A DNA stretch of 64,000 nt from Squalus acanthias (taxonomy: Eukaryota). The translations under genes and the position numbers were made by a program. How positions within the stretch are numbered: position 1 is the stretch's first letter; every line of letters starts with the position of its first letter. Below, one piece after another: positions 12,641 to 26,130 of the stretch. Under the pieces are notes generated by a model. It was not told the origin of the DNA. It did no database searches and saw only the letters and a program-made list of their open reading frames with translations. The stretch is taken from contig CM059432.1 in NCBI GenBank assembly GCA_030390025.1, positions 96,536,001 through 96,600,000 of the forward strand, read 5' to 3'.

Positions 12641-14229
12641 ATCTTTGTTCTGACCATTCTATGCTGTTGCCGTCGTGTCCCGAGAGATGTCTGAGCTTGT
12701 GATTTTTACACCGGTTTATATGTTCCGGTGTTTGCTAATGAGATTTTTCAGAAAATTGCGGCATAACTATTGGCAAGATTGACGCGGGGAATGGCATGAG
12801 TGTTGGCGTAAATTGCCGATTACGCTGATCCAGGAAATTCCGAGCCATAATAATTCTGCTGACTGTAAAGTGTGCCACTGGGGGGCAATCTTTCTCCATG
12901 ATAGTTTCCAATTTAAAAGTTTAATAAGGAATAAGACAGTAATTACACCACTGCTAATTGTTAAGACATCAATTTTTGAAATTGTCCTGTGTTCTTTGAT
13001 CATATATTTTTCTGTGTTTAATTTTTGGATCTTCTGCCACTGCCTCATTCTGCAGTTCCATCTTCATTGCTGCGAGAACAGGACATTTTCAGCATTTCCA
13101 TTCAACAGATGCGAATATAGTACTCAACTAAAAATTAGAATAAACAAAAAAAAACAATGTTCACTATTTATTAAGAAATCTAAGAGCTGAGCTATGTTTT
13201 TGTATTTTACTTTTTAAATTAGATGATTGAGATTCAGATTTCAGCTTAACGGGTTCGGGTCGATTCAGAGTCAGGCCATTTTCCTCTACAGTAAAGGCAT
13301 GTCGACACTATGGGGTTGGTCCTGCCAGATTTTCCTCTCCCCGATGCTCAGAATGCTTCACTGCTGCCTTGTGCTTTATTTACTGATCTAGATAAGAAAC
13401 AGGTGAAACGTAGATAGTTAGGGCAAGTGAGTTCAAATGGTAATTAAGTCTGCAATTTCGAACTTGTGCTCCTCTGGGCTGAGGGGGCATGTGCTCCATT
13501 GCTAGAGCTGTATATCGATTAGGCAGTGTAATTATACTGGTGACTGAAGATTCCTATAGACAAGCACAGACTAGTTTAAAAGAAGCATGTGAGCTCACTG
13601 CAGTAGTAAAAAATAATCCTATTTCAGAGCAGTTTTAAAGATACATATCGCGTCTTGAAACTTTACAGAAAGAGAGCTCATTTATACATTGTAGAGATTT
13701 ATAGGTTCATTTCCTTCCTTTGTTCTCTCCTCCCAACCACACCCTTGAAAGAAGCCAGCAGTGTCTATGTAACGTGGTGAATTCCTGGGCCATAAGAAGA
13801 ACCTGCGGCCTAGAAATTCCCGGGATAGTGCCGGCCGTTAAGGCTGGTTTTGTTGAAAAAATGGGTGCCACCTCACCACCGCCCACTTCCGTGTGGGACT
13901 CAGCGACCTCCCAAATTTGAATAAGCAGATCGTGACATCAATTGGTGTGCAATAAGCAGCGTGTGAGGTTAGTGGTGCAGTTGGTAAAATATAAATGACA
14001 AAGACAGACAAGTAGGAGATAAATTTAAATTACTGGAAAGTAAATTTAAAACAAATGTATTAGGAATAATTTCTCTAATCAAAGAGTGATAAATATTTGG
14101 AGTAATCTATGAGACAGCGTTTTAGATACCTAAACACGAGAGGTCTGATTTTTTGAAATAACAATCAAAGTTGGAGCCTTATTTTAAATCTGTCAGCGGG
14201 ACGCTGGGATGGCTGCATTTATTACCCAT

Positions 14230-14470
14230 CTCAGGTTGCCATGAGAAGGTGGTGGTGGGCCTTCTTAAACCGCTGCAGCGCTTGTGGTGATGGTGGTCTT
14301 ACAATGGTGTTAGGCCGGGAATTCCAGGATTTTGACCCAGTGACAATAAAGGAACAATAATACATATCCAAGTCCACGTCTGGTGTGTGACTTGGAGGGG
14401 AACTTGGAGGTGATGGCGTTCCCATGACATTGCTGCTCTTGTTCTGTCAGTGATGGAGGTCATAGGGCAG
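14230..14470 (-). mobile_element. 3' fragment of CR1-group LINE family B
   Basis: Matches 56340-56560 (GGSKSWNS-like end, gagttccaggattttgac). Confidence 0.75.
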
Positions 14471-17082
14471 GGAGTTGTTAATGAATGAAGCTTGCTTTCT
14501 AGGAGAGCACATCGGGAATGATGATCTGCTCCCCACAATCTTCTGTCCATTAAAATTACGGGTAGCGTGGACACAATTTCCCGATGTGCACTTCTAGCAG
14601 ATGAGGCCCCTGCCTTGGATGTGATTTTGTAAAATTGTACCTTAGATATTCAGACTGCAGGATGATATAATGGAAAGTTAGGGTACTAGAGGAATGAGCT
14701 TCAAAGGCCAAATGGCATTTCCTTATCCCAAGTTTTTCTTATGTTCTTGTGTCTTTATTTATTTACAGCATATCAACTACTTTTCCTTTCATTACCATAC
14801 AGCACGGTGGGTCAGATATACGACAGTACAGTTCTGGTCTCACACTATTCCCACATAGCCACCCTTGCAAACAAACCTGTACAAACCTACCTATAACCTA
14901 GTGAGACTGATGTCACACAGGCTTGTTTGTTTCCGATGGGGAAGGTGTCGATGGTGTCATTACCAGGTCGTTATGATTATAGAATCCTTTAGCTTTTCAC
15001 TGAATCAACTTTTAGTTAATTCGCCGAGACTTTTTCTGTTGCTGGGTTGCTGTTAGTTTAAATAGATACATTTAAAAGGGTATTGGGGAAGGGCAAGGGA
15101 ACAGGACAAACTGGATAACTCCTTGAGACAGCCAGCAAAGGCACAAAGGGCTGAAAAACCTCCTTCTGTGCTGTAAAGAGGAGCCTAAAGGTAAGTTGTA
15201 CGGTAGTTTTGTGGAGATGGACTTCTCAAAATCAGCCTAGACTGCTGCCGCACTGTGATTCCCCCCCCGCCCCCTGGAGATTGCACCTCCCTACGGACCT
15301 ACCTTCTTCGGGCCCAGAGATTGGCACAGCAAAAGTGAGTATAACATCACACTTACCTTCAATCTGCTCCCCATCTCCTCTCATCATCAGCACTCTGCAT
15401 TGTCAACCTACTCCTGCACATCCCACTTTACCCTTACATCCCTTGCACCCTTAACCATCCCTCTCTCTCTATGTACAGAATCACTTCACTATTCTACTAT
15501 GCACCCCTCACACTTGCTATCACTGTAATGCAATGACAACAACTAACAGCGCACAGGGAGGGCCCTTGGTATTGGCACCTCACTCCATCTTTGTCTCCCT
15601 TTAAGCATCTATGCTATGGATTCTCTACACTCACTCCAACATTCTCACTCCATCTCCACTTGTGTCCCTCATTGCAGGAAAAGAGAGCCCACAATAAGAG
15701 GGAGAGGGACAGGACAGGAGGAAGGCCACCTTCCATTGCCCACTTGACCACCGCTGAGGAGGCTGCTCTCGACATTGTCGGAGGTGCTGAGGATCTGGAA
15801 GTGGGGGACGGAGAGACGGACACAGTAGAGCAAGCTGGTGACAGAATAGATTTGCAGCCCTCTCATTTAGATTTATTTAGATGTTCACACAGATTGAGTT
15901 CTGATCATCTGCACAATTCGATGTGCCTGCTACATTAATATCACATGTCTAACTCATGCTTTTACTCCCCCACAGGACCATCGAGAGCCCCCCTCCCCAC
16001 TGTCAAAGTGGAAGAGCCGGAAAACTCCTCAGAGGAGGTTGCAACCTCTGAGGGCGTAGTGTCAGCAGAATTGAGCGCACCCAGCATCAGCGCAGAGACG
16101 CACACCTCGGTGGGTCATTCGCAAGATAGACTAGTGTTGTCACCTGGTGTATCACAGCTCACAAATGAGCATCAGCAGATGGTGGAGACAGGGACAGCAG
16201 TGGAGAGTCCTCGTCGGAGACCGCAGGGCGCTCCTAGCTCTGCTCAGCTGCATGTTGACCCTCTGGGGCCATCCAGAAAGAGAGCGGTGCTGGAACTTCA
16301 GCAACAAGTGCAGGAGTCTCTGACAGGGTTTGCATCCACAGTAACTGCGAGTGTGCAGAGAATGGAGTAGTCCATCTCAAACATAAGCAATGCCATGGTT
16401 GAGGCAATGGCGCATGAACGTGCCACCATGGAGAGGGTGGCAACCTCCTTGGAGGACATAAGTCGCCAGACTCAAATGAGCATGGTGACTCTTCTAAATT
16501 GATGGTCTGCTATGGAGGATAGATGGGCAGCTATTGAGGAGAGACACCAGAGGTACTTGGACTCCCCCATTATGAGGACTGTCAGTACAGAGACGGGTCC
16601 TCATGGCCCCACTGATGTGCAGCAAGGTGCTCTCCAGCTATTTGCTAGCAGTGAAGTGCGCGTGACCCATGAGAGGGATGTTGGTGGTCCACAACAAGTA
16701 AGTGTGGGCTTCTCTCCAAGCGCTCATACTCCCATTCCACTGCGGAGCCATCGGTCAGAGCCCCAGATTCCTCACCCAACTGAGATGGCCATCTCAACCC
16801 CTGTACAGCCGCAGGAGGAGCAGACTGTTGCCGAGTGCTCCCACGCTCCCAAACCCAGAGGACATCCGCCAAAGGTGTCGAAGCAGGAGCAGCATGAAAG
16901 TGAGCAAGGTGCCTCCACATCTGCTGAAGCCACAGGGGAAGCACCACATAGAAGCACGCGTAAGAGAAAGTTAACACACAAATAGTCACAAGGGTAGTCA
17001 CTTGGGTGTTTTGATGTTATACAAATTTAAGATTATCATCGTCATTTCAATTGTAATAAAGAAATGCGATGGCAAAGATTTG

Positions 17083-17298
17083 AAGTGAGAAGTCGCATAA
17101 CACCAGGTTATAGTCCAACAGCTTTATTTAAAATCACAAGCTTTCGGAGCGGCTGCTCCTTCGTCAGGTGAACTTCACCTGATGAAGGAGCAGCCGCTCC
17201 GAAAGCTTGTGATTTCAAATAAAGCTGTTGGACTATAACCTGGTGTTGTGCGACTTCTCACTTTTGTCCACCCCAGTCCAACACCGGCATCTCCGCAT
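17083..17298. mobile_element. Penelope-like (PLE) palindromic terminal fragment with minimal hammerhead motifs
   Basis: 90-bp arms 17083-17172 and 17174-17263. CTGATGA-A-GGAGC-agcc-GCTCC-GAAA core. ~13-bp TSD caaagattt(g/a)aag. Confidence 0.8.
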
Positions 17299-17474
17299 CA
17301 AAGATTTAAAGAGTTGGCCTATGTGTGCCCAGAAATGGAAGTGTCACAGTGAGATGTCAGGGTGCCTTTCATCTGTAATGATGGTGGTGAGAATGATAGG
17401 AACCCACAGTTGATTGTTCAGATGGTGTATGGTGTGTTAAGAAGGTGGTAGCCACATGTGTTTGCTTCGTAAAC

Positions 17475-18668
17475 TTAAGTGAATCTGGCATGGATTAGTG
17501 CATCCCTTGCCTCACGGCCAGCAATATGCTTGCGTGCTGGTGGAACTGGCACATCCGCCTCCGCAAGGTCTTCCTCCTCCTCCTTCTCTGAGGAGGCTGT
17601 GCGCTGAGCCACTTGTTCCTCAGGCAGCGGTAAGCCATGCTGCTGTGCGATGTTGTGCAGTGCACAGCAGACAATGATGATTCTGGAGCCCCTGGCTGGT
17701 GAATACTGTAGGGCTCCACCTGATCAATTGAGGCATCTGATCACATTTTGAGCAAGACGATGGTTTGCTCAATGATGGCTCTGGTGGAAATGTGGCTCAC
17801 ATTGTAGCGCTCCTCAGATTCGTTTGATGGCCTCCTCAATGGCGTCATTAGCCACATCTTCAGGGGATAGCCCTTGTCTCCAAGTAGCCATCCGGAAAGT
17901 TGGGTTGGCGGATTGAAGAGCTGAGGCACAGTAGACTGCTGCAGGATGAACGAGTCATGGCAACTGCCAGGGAACTTGGCGCAAACATGCATAATGTTCT
18001 TCCTGTGGTTACACACCAGCTGGACGTTAAGGGAGTGGAAGCCCTTGCGGTTGACAAATACAGCTGGGTTGTGATGTGGTGCCCTAATGGCCACGAGTGT
18101 GCAGTCTACGATGCCCTGCACCCTTGGCAAGCCTGCCATTTTTGCAAAGCCAACCGCATGCTTTATCCGTGGAGAAGTGGATGTAATTGTGCGCCTTTGC
18201 AAAGAGGCCATCGGTAACCTGCATGATGCAAGTGTGTGCGGCCGACTGGGAGATGCCACTGATGTCTGCAATTGATCCCTGGAAGGACCCTGAAGCAAAA
18301 AAATTGAGGGTGGTGGTGGTGACTTTGACAGCTACTGGTAAGGAGTGTCCACCCGCTCCTCTGGGCTCCAGGTGTTGGTGCAGCATTGCGCAGATGTCAG
18401 CGACTACCTCTCGCAAAAGTCTCAGCCTCCTTTGGCACTGCTGCTCAGTCATGTTGAGGAAGCTCATCCTCTGCCTGTAAACCCTGTGTTGGGGGTATCT
18501 CCTGTGGCGAGGTGCAGCCCTGCGCTGATGCCCTCTGCCCTGTGCAGCATCAGGTGGGTGAGGTTGACACTCCAGTTGTTGCTGATGCTGTTGTGCCTGG
18601 TTCTGCTGCTGCAGCTGCTCTTCCTCCAATTCTGAGGACCAAGATGAGAGGGTATAAATGGTTCCCAT
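17475..18668 (-). pseudogene. Harbinger C transposase pseudogene, copy 1
   Basis: [45 protein letters not shown], with frameshifts. Confidence 0.9.
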
Positions 18669-19214
18669 TCCGCTGATATATATGTCAGTTGAGGAATAGA
18701 TGCTCAGGCAATGTGGGGAGAGGGTTTTCCAAGGAGGTCACAGTGCATATGGATCTCAGCTTAACCAATTACAAGCTCAATAGACCTGCAAAAAGTGTTC
18801 CAACACCTCAAAAATCAAAGTTCTGTCTTCTGAAAGTCAGCCATATTACAGGTCCGTTTTTATGCTGCAGGTGCAGCTGTCAAGAATTCGCATAGTTCCT
18901 GAACCCGGTACAATCAGCTGGCGTGTTTTGCGAACGGCGTGGAATACGCTGAAAATGTCATAAAATGGGAAGAGCCTGTTAAAATGGATTATGTAGGCAG
19001 TTAACAAGCTGTTAAAAGCCTTAAGTGCCTCTCCCGCCGCTTGGTAGCGGGTCTGATCGGGACTCCCAGAGCCGACACTTGGCAAAGTTGCGTGGAGGCG
19101 GGTTGACGGTGGGTTCGGAACCCGCTGTCAATCAAAATGAATTTAACCTCTGACCAGCCTCCAAACCCGCGCTCTGAGCGCCGGCAAAATCGCGACCATA
19201 GTTTTGTTTTATAT

Positions 19215-19795
19215 ATTCACGGGATGTGGCCGTCGCTGGCAAGGCCAGCATTTACTGCCCATCCCTAAGTTCCCTTGCGAAGGTGTTGGTGAGCCGCCTT
19301 CTTGAACTGCTGCAGTCCGTGAGGTGAAAGTGCTCCCACAGTGCTCTTAGGGAGTGAGTTCCAGGATTTTGACCCAGTGATGATGAAGGAACGGCAATAT
19401 ATTTCAGCATGGTGTGTGACTTAGAGGGGAAATTGCAGGTGGTGGTGTTCTCATGCGTCTGCTGCCCTTGACCTTCTAGGTGGTAGAGGTTTGGGAGGTG
19501 CTGCCAAAGAAGCCTTGGCAAGTTTCCATAGTGCATCTTGTAGATGGTGCACACTGCAGCCACAGTGCACTGGTGATGGAGGGAATGAATGTTTAAGGTG
19601 GTGGATGGGGTGCCAATCAAGCAGGCTGCTTTGTCCTGGATGGTGTCGAGCTTCTAGAATGTTCTTGGAGCTGCAGTCATCCAGGCATCAAACTCCTGAC
19701 TTGTGCCTTGTAAATGGTGGAAAGGCTTTGGGGAGTCAGCAGGTGAGACACTCGCTGCAGAATACCCAGCCTCTGACCTGCTCTTGTAGCCAAAG
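19215..19795 (-). mobile_element. 3' fragment of CR1-group LINE family B
   Basis: IGTPSTTLNIHSLHH..AAVCTIYKMH, the same as 56555-57304. Confidence 0.85.
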
Positions 19796-19963
19796 TATTT
19801 TAGTTAAGTTTCTTAAGTGCGTCTCACAAAATATGGAACACCACCATATTCAGCCACAAACAGTGCGCCATAGGTGACACTATTAAAACATCTACCAGCA
19901 GCATTGTAAAGTTACTGTCCCACTCCAAAATGACATGCCCATTTGAGTGACTCAGCCCTATTA

Positions 19964-20349
19964 TAGGGTTGCCAACTCTGGCTGGATGTATTCCTCGAGG
20001 TTTCATTACATGACATCCCACCTCACACTGCCCCGCCCCCACGCTCTGGTCATTGGCTGCCCAACACGTCCATCCTCATGGCACACCATCTTCCCACATC
20101 AATTGGAAAGCAAACAGACTCTTCCTGACTCAACTGGATGATTCTTGACTGTCAAACAGCCTTTTTCCCCAATTCCTATGTTTTTATAACTAAGAAACAA
20201 AAGTGTTCAAAGAAAATGAGAAAAAGAAAACACACAATTTAAAAAAAATTATCCTATGATTTTCTCCTGGGTTGCTCGCAACGGTGTCCTGGAGATTAAT
20301 CTTTAATCCCTGGAGACTCCAGGAAAATCCTGGATGGCTGACAACCCTA
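19964..20349. mobile_element. Non-autonomous hAT-type element
   Basis: TIRs TAGGGTTGCCA / TGACAACCCTA; 8-bp flanks ccctatta and ccttagta (6/8 match). Confidence 0.7.
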
Positions 20350-22399
20350 CCTTAGTATCACCCTGTTCTCACCAACCAGCAATGCAATCCAACCAGCATA
20401 GTATAAATTGCTGGCTAATATCCCATAAACTCAGGCACTAGTGATTGCCATAACTAGTTGTCAGATCCCTGAGCTTCCTAGCTTGGAGGAGCAGACCTAT
20501 TTCATATCCTGTAGTAGAATGCCCCAAACAATACGTGAGGTTGTGCAAGCTGCTTACATGCGAATCACACCAAGCTGTACAAAAAAAACAGAGCCAACAA
20601 TTATGAAATTAGCTCTTGGACAAACCTAGCAAATGCTACATTGTAGCCAAGGAAATCAACACAAAAGGAATTTTTTTAATAAACCCTATAGATCGTACAT
20701 AATTGGATGTTTAATGTAGATGCAGACCTAAATAACTACCCTAATGCAGAACCCATTGAGAGTATACTTACCTCATAATGTCAACTCCATTAAACTGGTG
20801 ATGGTTACATACAATGAAAATATGGCACTCACACAAACTTTTGTATTCATCATCATCAAGATAGGTTCCACAAGTGAGGCAAATCATATAATCAATCCGA
20901 TATCACCCGTTTTATACCATCGGCGAAAGTTAAAATCACCCACTTTGCGTGACAGAAAGTTTGACTACCCTTTGTTTTTCTAGAAAGGGGGATGTGATGT
21001 CACATAATGTAATGCATTGTTGTTTTAAGAAGTACAGATATGCTCAGTAGGACTGATGGTAACATAGGATGAGGCAGAGTCATTTGGAATCCAGGTGTTT
21101 TGTGTGTTGATAAAGAAAAAGCTCTCATTTCATATGATATTGAACTCAGCAATGTGACAGCTAGGACCAGCTGTGGCTTGTAATTGTTTCTTTGTATCTG
21201 CATATCTTTTTGTATTTTTGTCGGAGAAGAAAGAGATTGCTTCAGGAGGGCATACGATTTGCTATTTTCTGATTTCTTCACAATACCTTGAGGCTATCTC
21301 ATCTCTACACAAAGTCCAATGGGGACACTATCAAAAATTGTAAAATGGGCGATATCGAATCAGCCGCCTGTTATACATCTCTCACAATTTTCATTTCTAT
21401 TGACTTTAGCTGAATCAATATTGGCTGTTTTACACTATCGCCCAAAGTCAAAATGACCCCCGATAAATCTGACACACTAACCTTTCAAGATGTATTTGTG
21501 GATTTCCTGCAATATACATAGTGCATGATATTATGAACGCCTACTCTCCATGATGAACCATTAACAATTACAAACCTTTTACTCTTAGAGCAGAGAGAAA
21601 TAATCCAACAGATACTGCTGTTCAAGTTTGGATCCTGTGATTTGTGATCAGCCATCAGGTATCTTTTATTACTTTATTATTATTATAAATTATAAATTAA
21701 TTATCTTTATTACTTTCAATCAGGTACTGTGACATTTTCATTAAAATACATAGCCTTGTGGCATCAGTGCCTAAAGACCAGCTGGTGAATTCCTGCAGAT
21801 GCAGCTCACCACTGTGATTACTTATATAACCTTAACAGGAAGATGTCAACAAAAGGCTTAGAGTTGAATTGTAATTGTTTCACATTTACAGAAGTCATAT
21901 ATTATTGCATTTCAACCATCTTTTCTGTAACAATCCATGATCCAAAAAAGCACGTATCACTCATTAATAATGGACATGATCTCATATATTATTTCTTCAA
22001 CCAAAATGAAAGTCCTTAATAATCAGCACATTTAATTGGTGAAATGCATTTAAAGGTTTCTAGTTACATTTCTGTGGAAGTTAATAAAAAAGGGTTATTA
22101 CTTTTGAGAATTGGGACCCATTATTGCTCAAAAAGAAGTATTATTACAACTAGTCTATCTGTGAAGGTATATTTTACTTATCTAGAATTTATGACATATT
22201 TCAGTTAAAAAATGATGGGCATATCTTTCAACTTTGGTGAGAGCGTAAACGGGCTGTATTGGATCGGCCGCCTGTTTTTCATTTCCATTGCTGCCTGGCT
22301 GTCCTGCCAAATTGGATGAATGCCCCAGCTGTATGAAAAATAGAGTCAGTGACCTGATGAATGCATGGTTGAATGACACCCTGGGTGATATTACACAGA

Positions 22400-25160
22400 T
22401 AAGAACATAAGAACATAAGAAATAGGAGCAGGAGTAGGTCATACGGCCCTTCGAGCCTGCTCCGCCATTCAATAAGATCATGGGTGATCATCGACCTCAA
22501 CTCCACTTTCCTGCCCAATATCCATATCCCTTGATTCCCCTAGAGTCCAAAAATCTATCTAGCTCAGTCTTGAATATACTCAAAGACTCAACATTCACAG
22601 CCCTCTGGGGCAGAGAATTCCAAAGATTCACAACCCTCTGAGTGAAGAAATTCCTCCTCATCTCGGTCTTAAATGGCCAACCCCTTATCCTGAGACTATA
22701 TCCCCTAGTTCTAGACACTCCAGCCGGGGGAAACAACCTCTCAGCATCTACCCTGTCAATCCCCTTCAGAGTCTTGTATGTTTCAATGAGATCACCTCTC
22801 ATTCTTCTAAACTCCAGAGAGTATAGGCCCATTCTACACAATCTCTCATCATAGGTCAGCCCTCTCATCCCAGGAATCAATCTAGCGAACCTTTGTTGCA
22901 CCACTTCCAAGGCAAGTATATCCTTCCTCAGATAAGGAAACCAAAACTGTGCACAGTACTCCAGGTGTGGTCTCACTGAGGCCTTGTACAATTATAGCAA
23001 GACTTCCTTACTCTTATACTCCAACCCCCTTGCAATAAAGGCCAACATGCCATTTGCTTTCCTTATTGCTTGCTGTACCTGCATGCTAGTTTTCTGTGTT
23101 TCTTGCACGAGGACACTCAAATCTCTCTGAACACCAACATTTGAAAGTTTCTCACCATTTAAAAAATATTCTGTTTTTCGATTCTTCCTACTAAAGTGAA
23201 TAACCTCACATTTCTCTACATTATACTCCATCTGCCACCTTACTGCCCACTCACTTAGTCTATCTATATCCCTTTGCAGACTCTTTGTGTTCTCCTCACA
23301 GCTTACTGTAGCTGTATTGTCAGCAAACTTGAATACATTACACTCGGTCCCTTCATCTAGGTCATTAATATAGATTGTAAATAGCTGAGTCCCCAACACT
23401 GATCCTTGCGGCACCCCACTAGTTACAGCCTGCCAACCTGAAAAAGTTCCGTTTATCCCTACTCTCTGTTTTCTGTCCGTTAACCAATCCTCTATCCATG
23501 CTATTATATTACCCCCAAACCCATGAGCCCTAATCTTGTGTAATAACCTTTTATGTGGCAACTTATTGAATGCCTTTTGGAAGTTCAAATATACTACATC
23601 CACTGGTTCCCTTTATCTACCCTGCTAGTTACATCTTCAAAAAACTCTAATAAATTTGTCAAACACGATTTGCCTTTCATAAAACCATGTTGACTCTGCC
23701 TAATCATGTTATGATTTTCTAAGTGCCCTGATACCACTTCCTTAACAATGGATTCCAGCATTTTCCCGATGACTGATGTCAGGCTAACTGGCCTGTAGTT
23801 CCCTGTTTTCTCTCTCCCTCCTTTCTTGAATAGCGGTGTTACATTTGCGACCTTCTAATCTGCTGGGACCATTCTAGAATCTAGCGAATTTTGGAAGATC
23901 AAAACCAATGCATCCACTATCTCTTCAGCCATCTCTTTTAGAACCCTAGGATGTCGGCCGTCAGGTCCAGGGGATTTGTTGGCTTTTAGTCCCATTAGTT
24001 TCTCTAGTACTTTTTCTCTACTTCTATTAAGTATGTTAAGCTCCTCACCCTCATTAGACCCTTGGTTCCCCACCATTTTTGGTATGCTTTTTGTGTCTTC
24101 TACTGTGAAGACAGATACAAAGGGGGTGATTTTGCCAATGAGGGCGCGTTGGAGGCGGGACTGCTGCTTGTCGGGTTTTAGTCCCGCCTCCATCAACTTG
24201 TGGCCAACCCACGCTATTTTCCCTTGATTGACCTTGTTAAGCCCGCCCAGCTCTGTGAAGCTGTCAAACACTGACATTCTCTGTTGTTTGATGAGTCCTT
24301 GTATTCAAGGCTCATCAAACCTCTTTTGTGAGCAGAAAGCAGATGGCTGTTGCATTGGAGAATGCAGCAGCCATTCTGTCATCTCTGCCGGTGAGATGCC
24401 GGAGTCTCCGATTCCCCAATTGTTGAAACCTGCAGGAAGAAACAAAGGTAAGTAAACATTTTCTATCACTTTTCACTCACCTCATATACTTACCTCTCCG
24501 CACTTGCACCCATCACTTACCTCCACAGCACACTTTTGCACCCCTCCAACCCCCGCAGACCCACTGCTCACCTCGGAGACCCTGGCGGGGTTTCCCGACG
24601 TCGGGAAGCCCGTGCCTCTGGTGGAAAAATGGGGATAATCCTCTTAATTGCCTGTTAACTACCTGTTAACAGGCAGTTAAGTGGCTGTAATCCCCTTCCT
24701 GCCTCCAGGAGATGGAACCCGGTGCAGGTCGGCTACCCACCTCCTGGGAAGATGGCACGGAGGCGGGAAGAGTACCCACCCCCAGATTCTGCCATTTTCC
24801 CGGCAGTCCCGCCTCCAAACCCGCCTCCTCAGGGCTGGCAAATTCCAGCCCCAAAAATTTGTTTACCGTTTCTGCCATTTCCTTATACCCCATAATAATT
24901 TCTCCTGTCTCAGCCTCTAAGGGACCAATGTTTACTTTTGCTACTCTCTTCCTTTTTACATACTTGTAGAAGCTCTTACAATCTGCTTTTATATTTCTTG
25001 CTAGTTTTCTCTCATTCTATTTTTTCCCTTTTTATCAATTTTTTGGTCACCCTTTTCTGGTTTCTGAAACTCTCCCAATCCTCAGGCTTACTACTATTCT
25101 TCGCACCATTATAAACTTCTTCTTTCAATCTAATGCTATCCTTAACTTCTTTAGTTAGCC
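22400..25160 (-). mobile_element. CR1 LINE family A (5'-truncated, RT with stops), interrupted by MITE M1
   Basis: SPGPDG.HPRVLKE, FQKAF, GVPQGSVLG, FADN, RPHLEYC, MRRNFFTQRVV, and an 8-bp (TTCTTATG)n tail. Confidence 0.93.
24122..24852. mobile_element. MITE M1, copy 2 (inverted relative to copy 1)
   Basis: Ends GGGGGTGATTTT / AAATTCCAGCCCC; flanks AAA/AAA; internal homology to 1651-2483. Confidence 0.8.
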
Positions 25161-25169
25161 ACGTGGAGT

Positions 25170-25425
25170 TTTTGTTTCTCAATGGAATGAGAAATGTTTC
25201 TCAGCTGTCCTGTGTCTGCTTGAGTTGCGCTGATGGCATAGAAATTGAGTGTGCTGGTAATTTTTGCAGCCACAGGCAGAGCTGTCTGGGTAGATGATCT
25301 CGGCTGCAGGCTTTCCACAGAAGCAGACACAGCTCTCCAATGGCCTCTTTGCTGAAGTGCACGCTTTTCACACAAAGCTCCTCACTGACGCCTTCACAAG
25401 ATCTGTGTAGTCCAGTGTTGTTCAA
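25170..25425 (-). pseudogene. Old Harbinger transposase N-terminal fragment
   Basis: SEELCVKSVHFSKEAIGELC and LPVAAKITSTLNFYA resemble the N-terminus of 5143-6303. Confidence 0.65.
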
Positions 25426-25960
25426 TAGAAATTACTGACGAGCCACAGGTGTGGCTACGACGACACTGTTTTAGGCACATGCACTAATTTTAGTAGAAAA
25501 CGCCTTAATACCCTCACACAGATCAATGCATTCCATATGTGTATATTTATTTAACAAATATCTACCACCATTCAGTAACTCAGGAATGATCACAAAAACA
25601 TTCGCAAACTGCTTTTCATCTAACCATTTTACAAAGAAAGGTGGAAAAAGGTTAAAATACACTTGCACATGCCATGCAAATATGAGTATTGAGATCACAT
25701 GCCTAACAACAGTGTCTATTACTCATTTATTATTTACTAATCAAAAATGCAATTAGTGACATTTGGATTTCCAATTAGTAGCCAACATATTGGATAACAT
25801 TGGTGTAGTCTAGAAATTCTTTCCAGGTGGATCTCCTTTCCTCCACCCTGTACTGCTCCTCCTCCATTAAAATAAAGAACAAGGGAACGTCCTTTAGAAA
25901 ATCATTAACTGTGGAACCTTTTACTGTGGGTGGCAGGAAATATTCCAATGATTTCACAGG

Positions 25961-26130
25961 CATAGAAACATAGAAAAATAGGAGCAGGAGTCGGCCATTC
26001 GGTCCTTTGAGCCTGCTCCGCCATTCAATATGATCACGGCTAATCCTCTATCTCAATACCATATTCCCACTCTCTCCCCATACCCCCTTTTGTGTCTAGA
26101 AATCTATCTATCTCCTTCTTAAATATATTC
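25961..26130 (-). mobile_element. CR1 3'-terminal fragment
   Basis: catagaaacatagaaaaataggagcaggag tail and 3' UTR. Confidence 0.8.

Larger units (their letters stand above)
15330..19197. mobile_element. Harbinger family C, copy 1 (Myb end truncated)
   Basis: Myb exons (+, ending RSTRKRKLTHK at 16985) and transposase (-). Terminus GCAAAATCGCGACC. Homologous to 43153-47436 in inverted orientation. Confidence 0.88.

Noticed and set aside
14499..14597. 20-bp imperfect inverted repeat, possible pre-miRNA
   Set aside because: Short arms with a long unpaired spacer; more likely a MITE remnant
21321..21461. Small GGGG..CCCC-bounded element
   Set aside because: Probably a decayed Harbinger MITE, but the TIR and TSD are too degenerate to call
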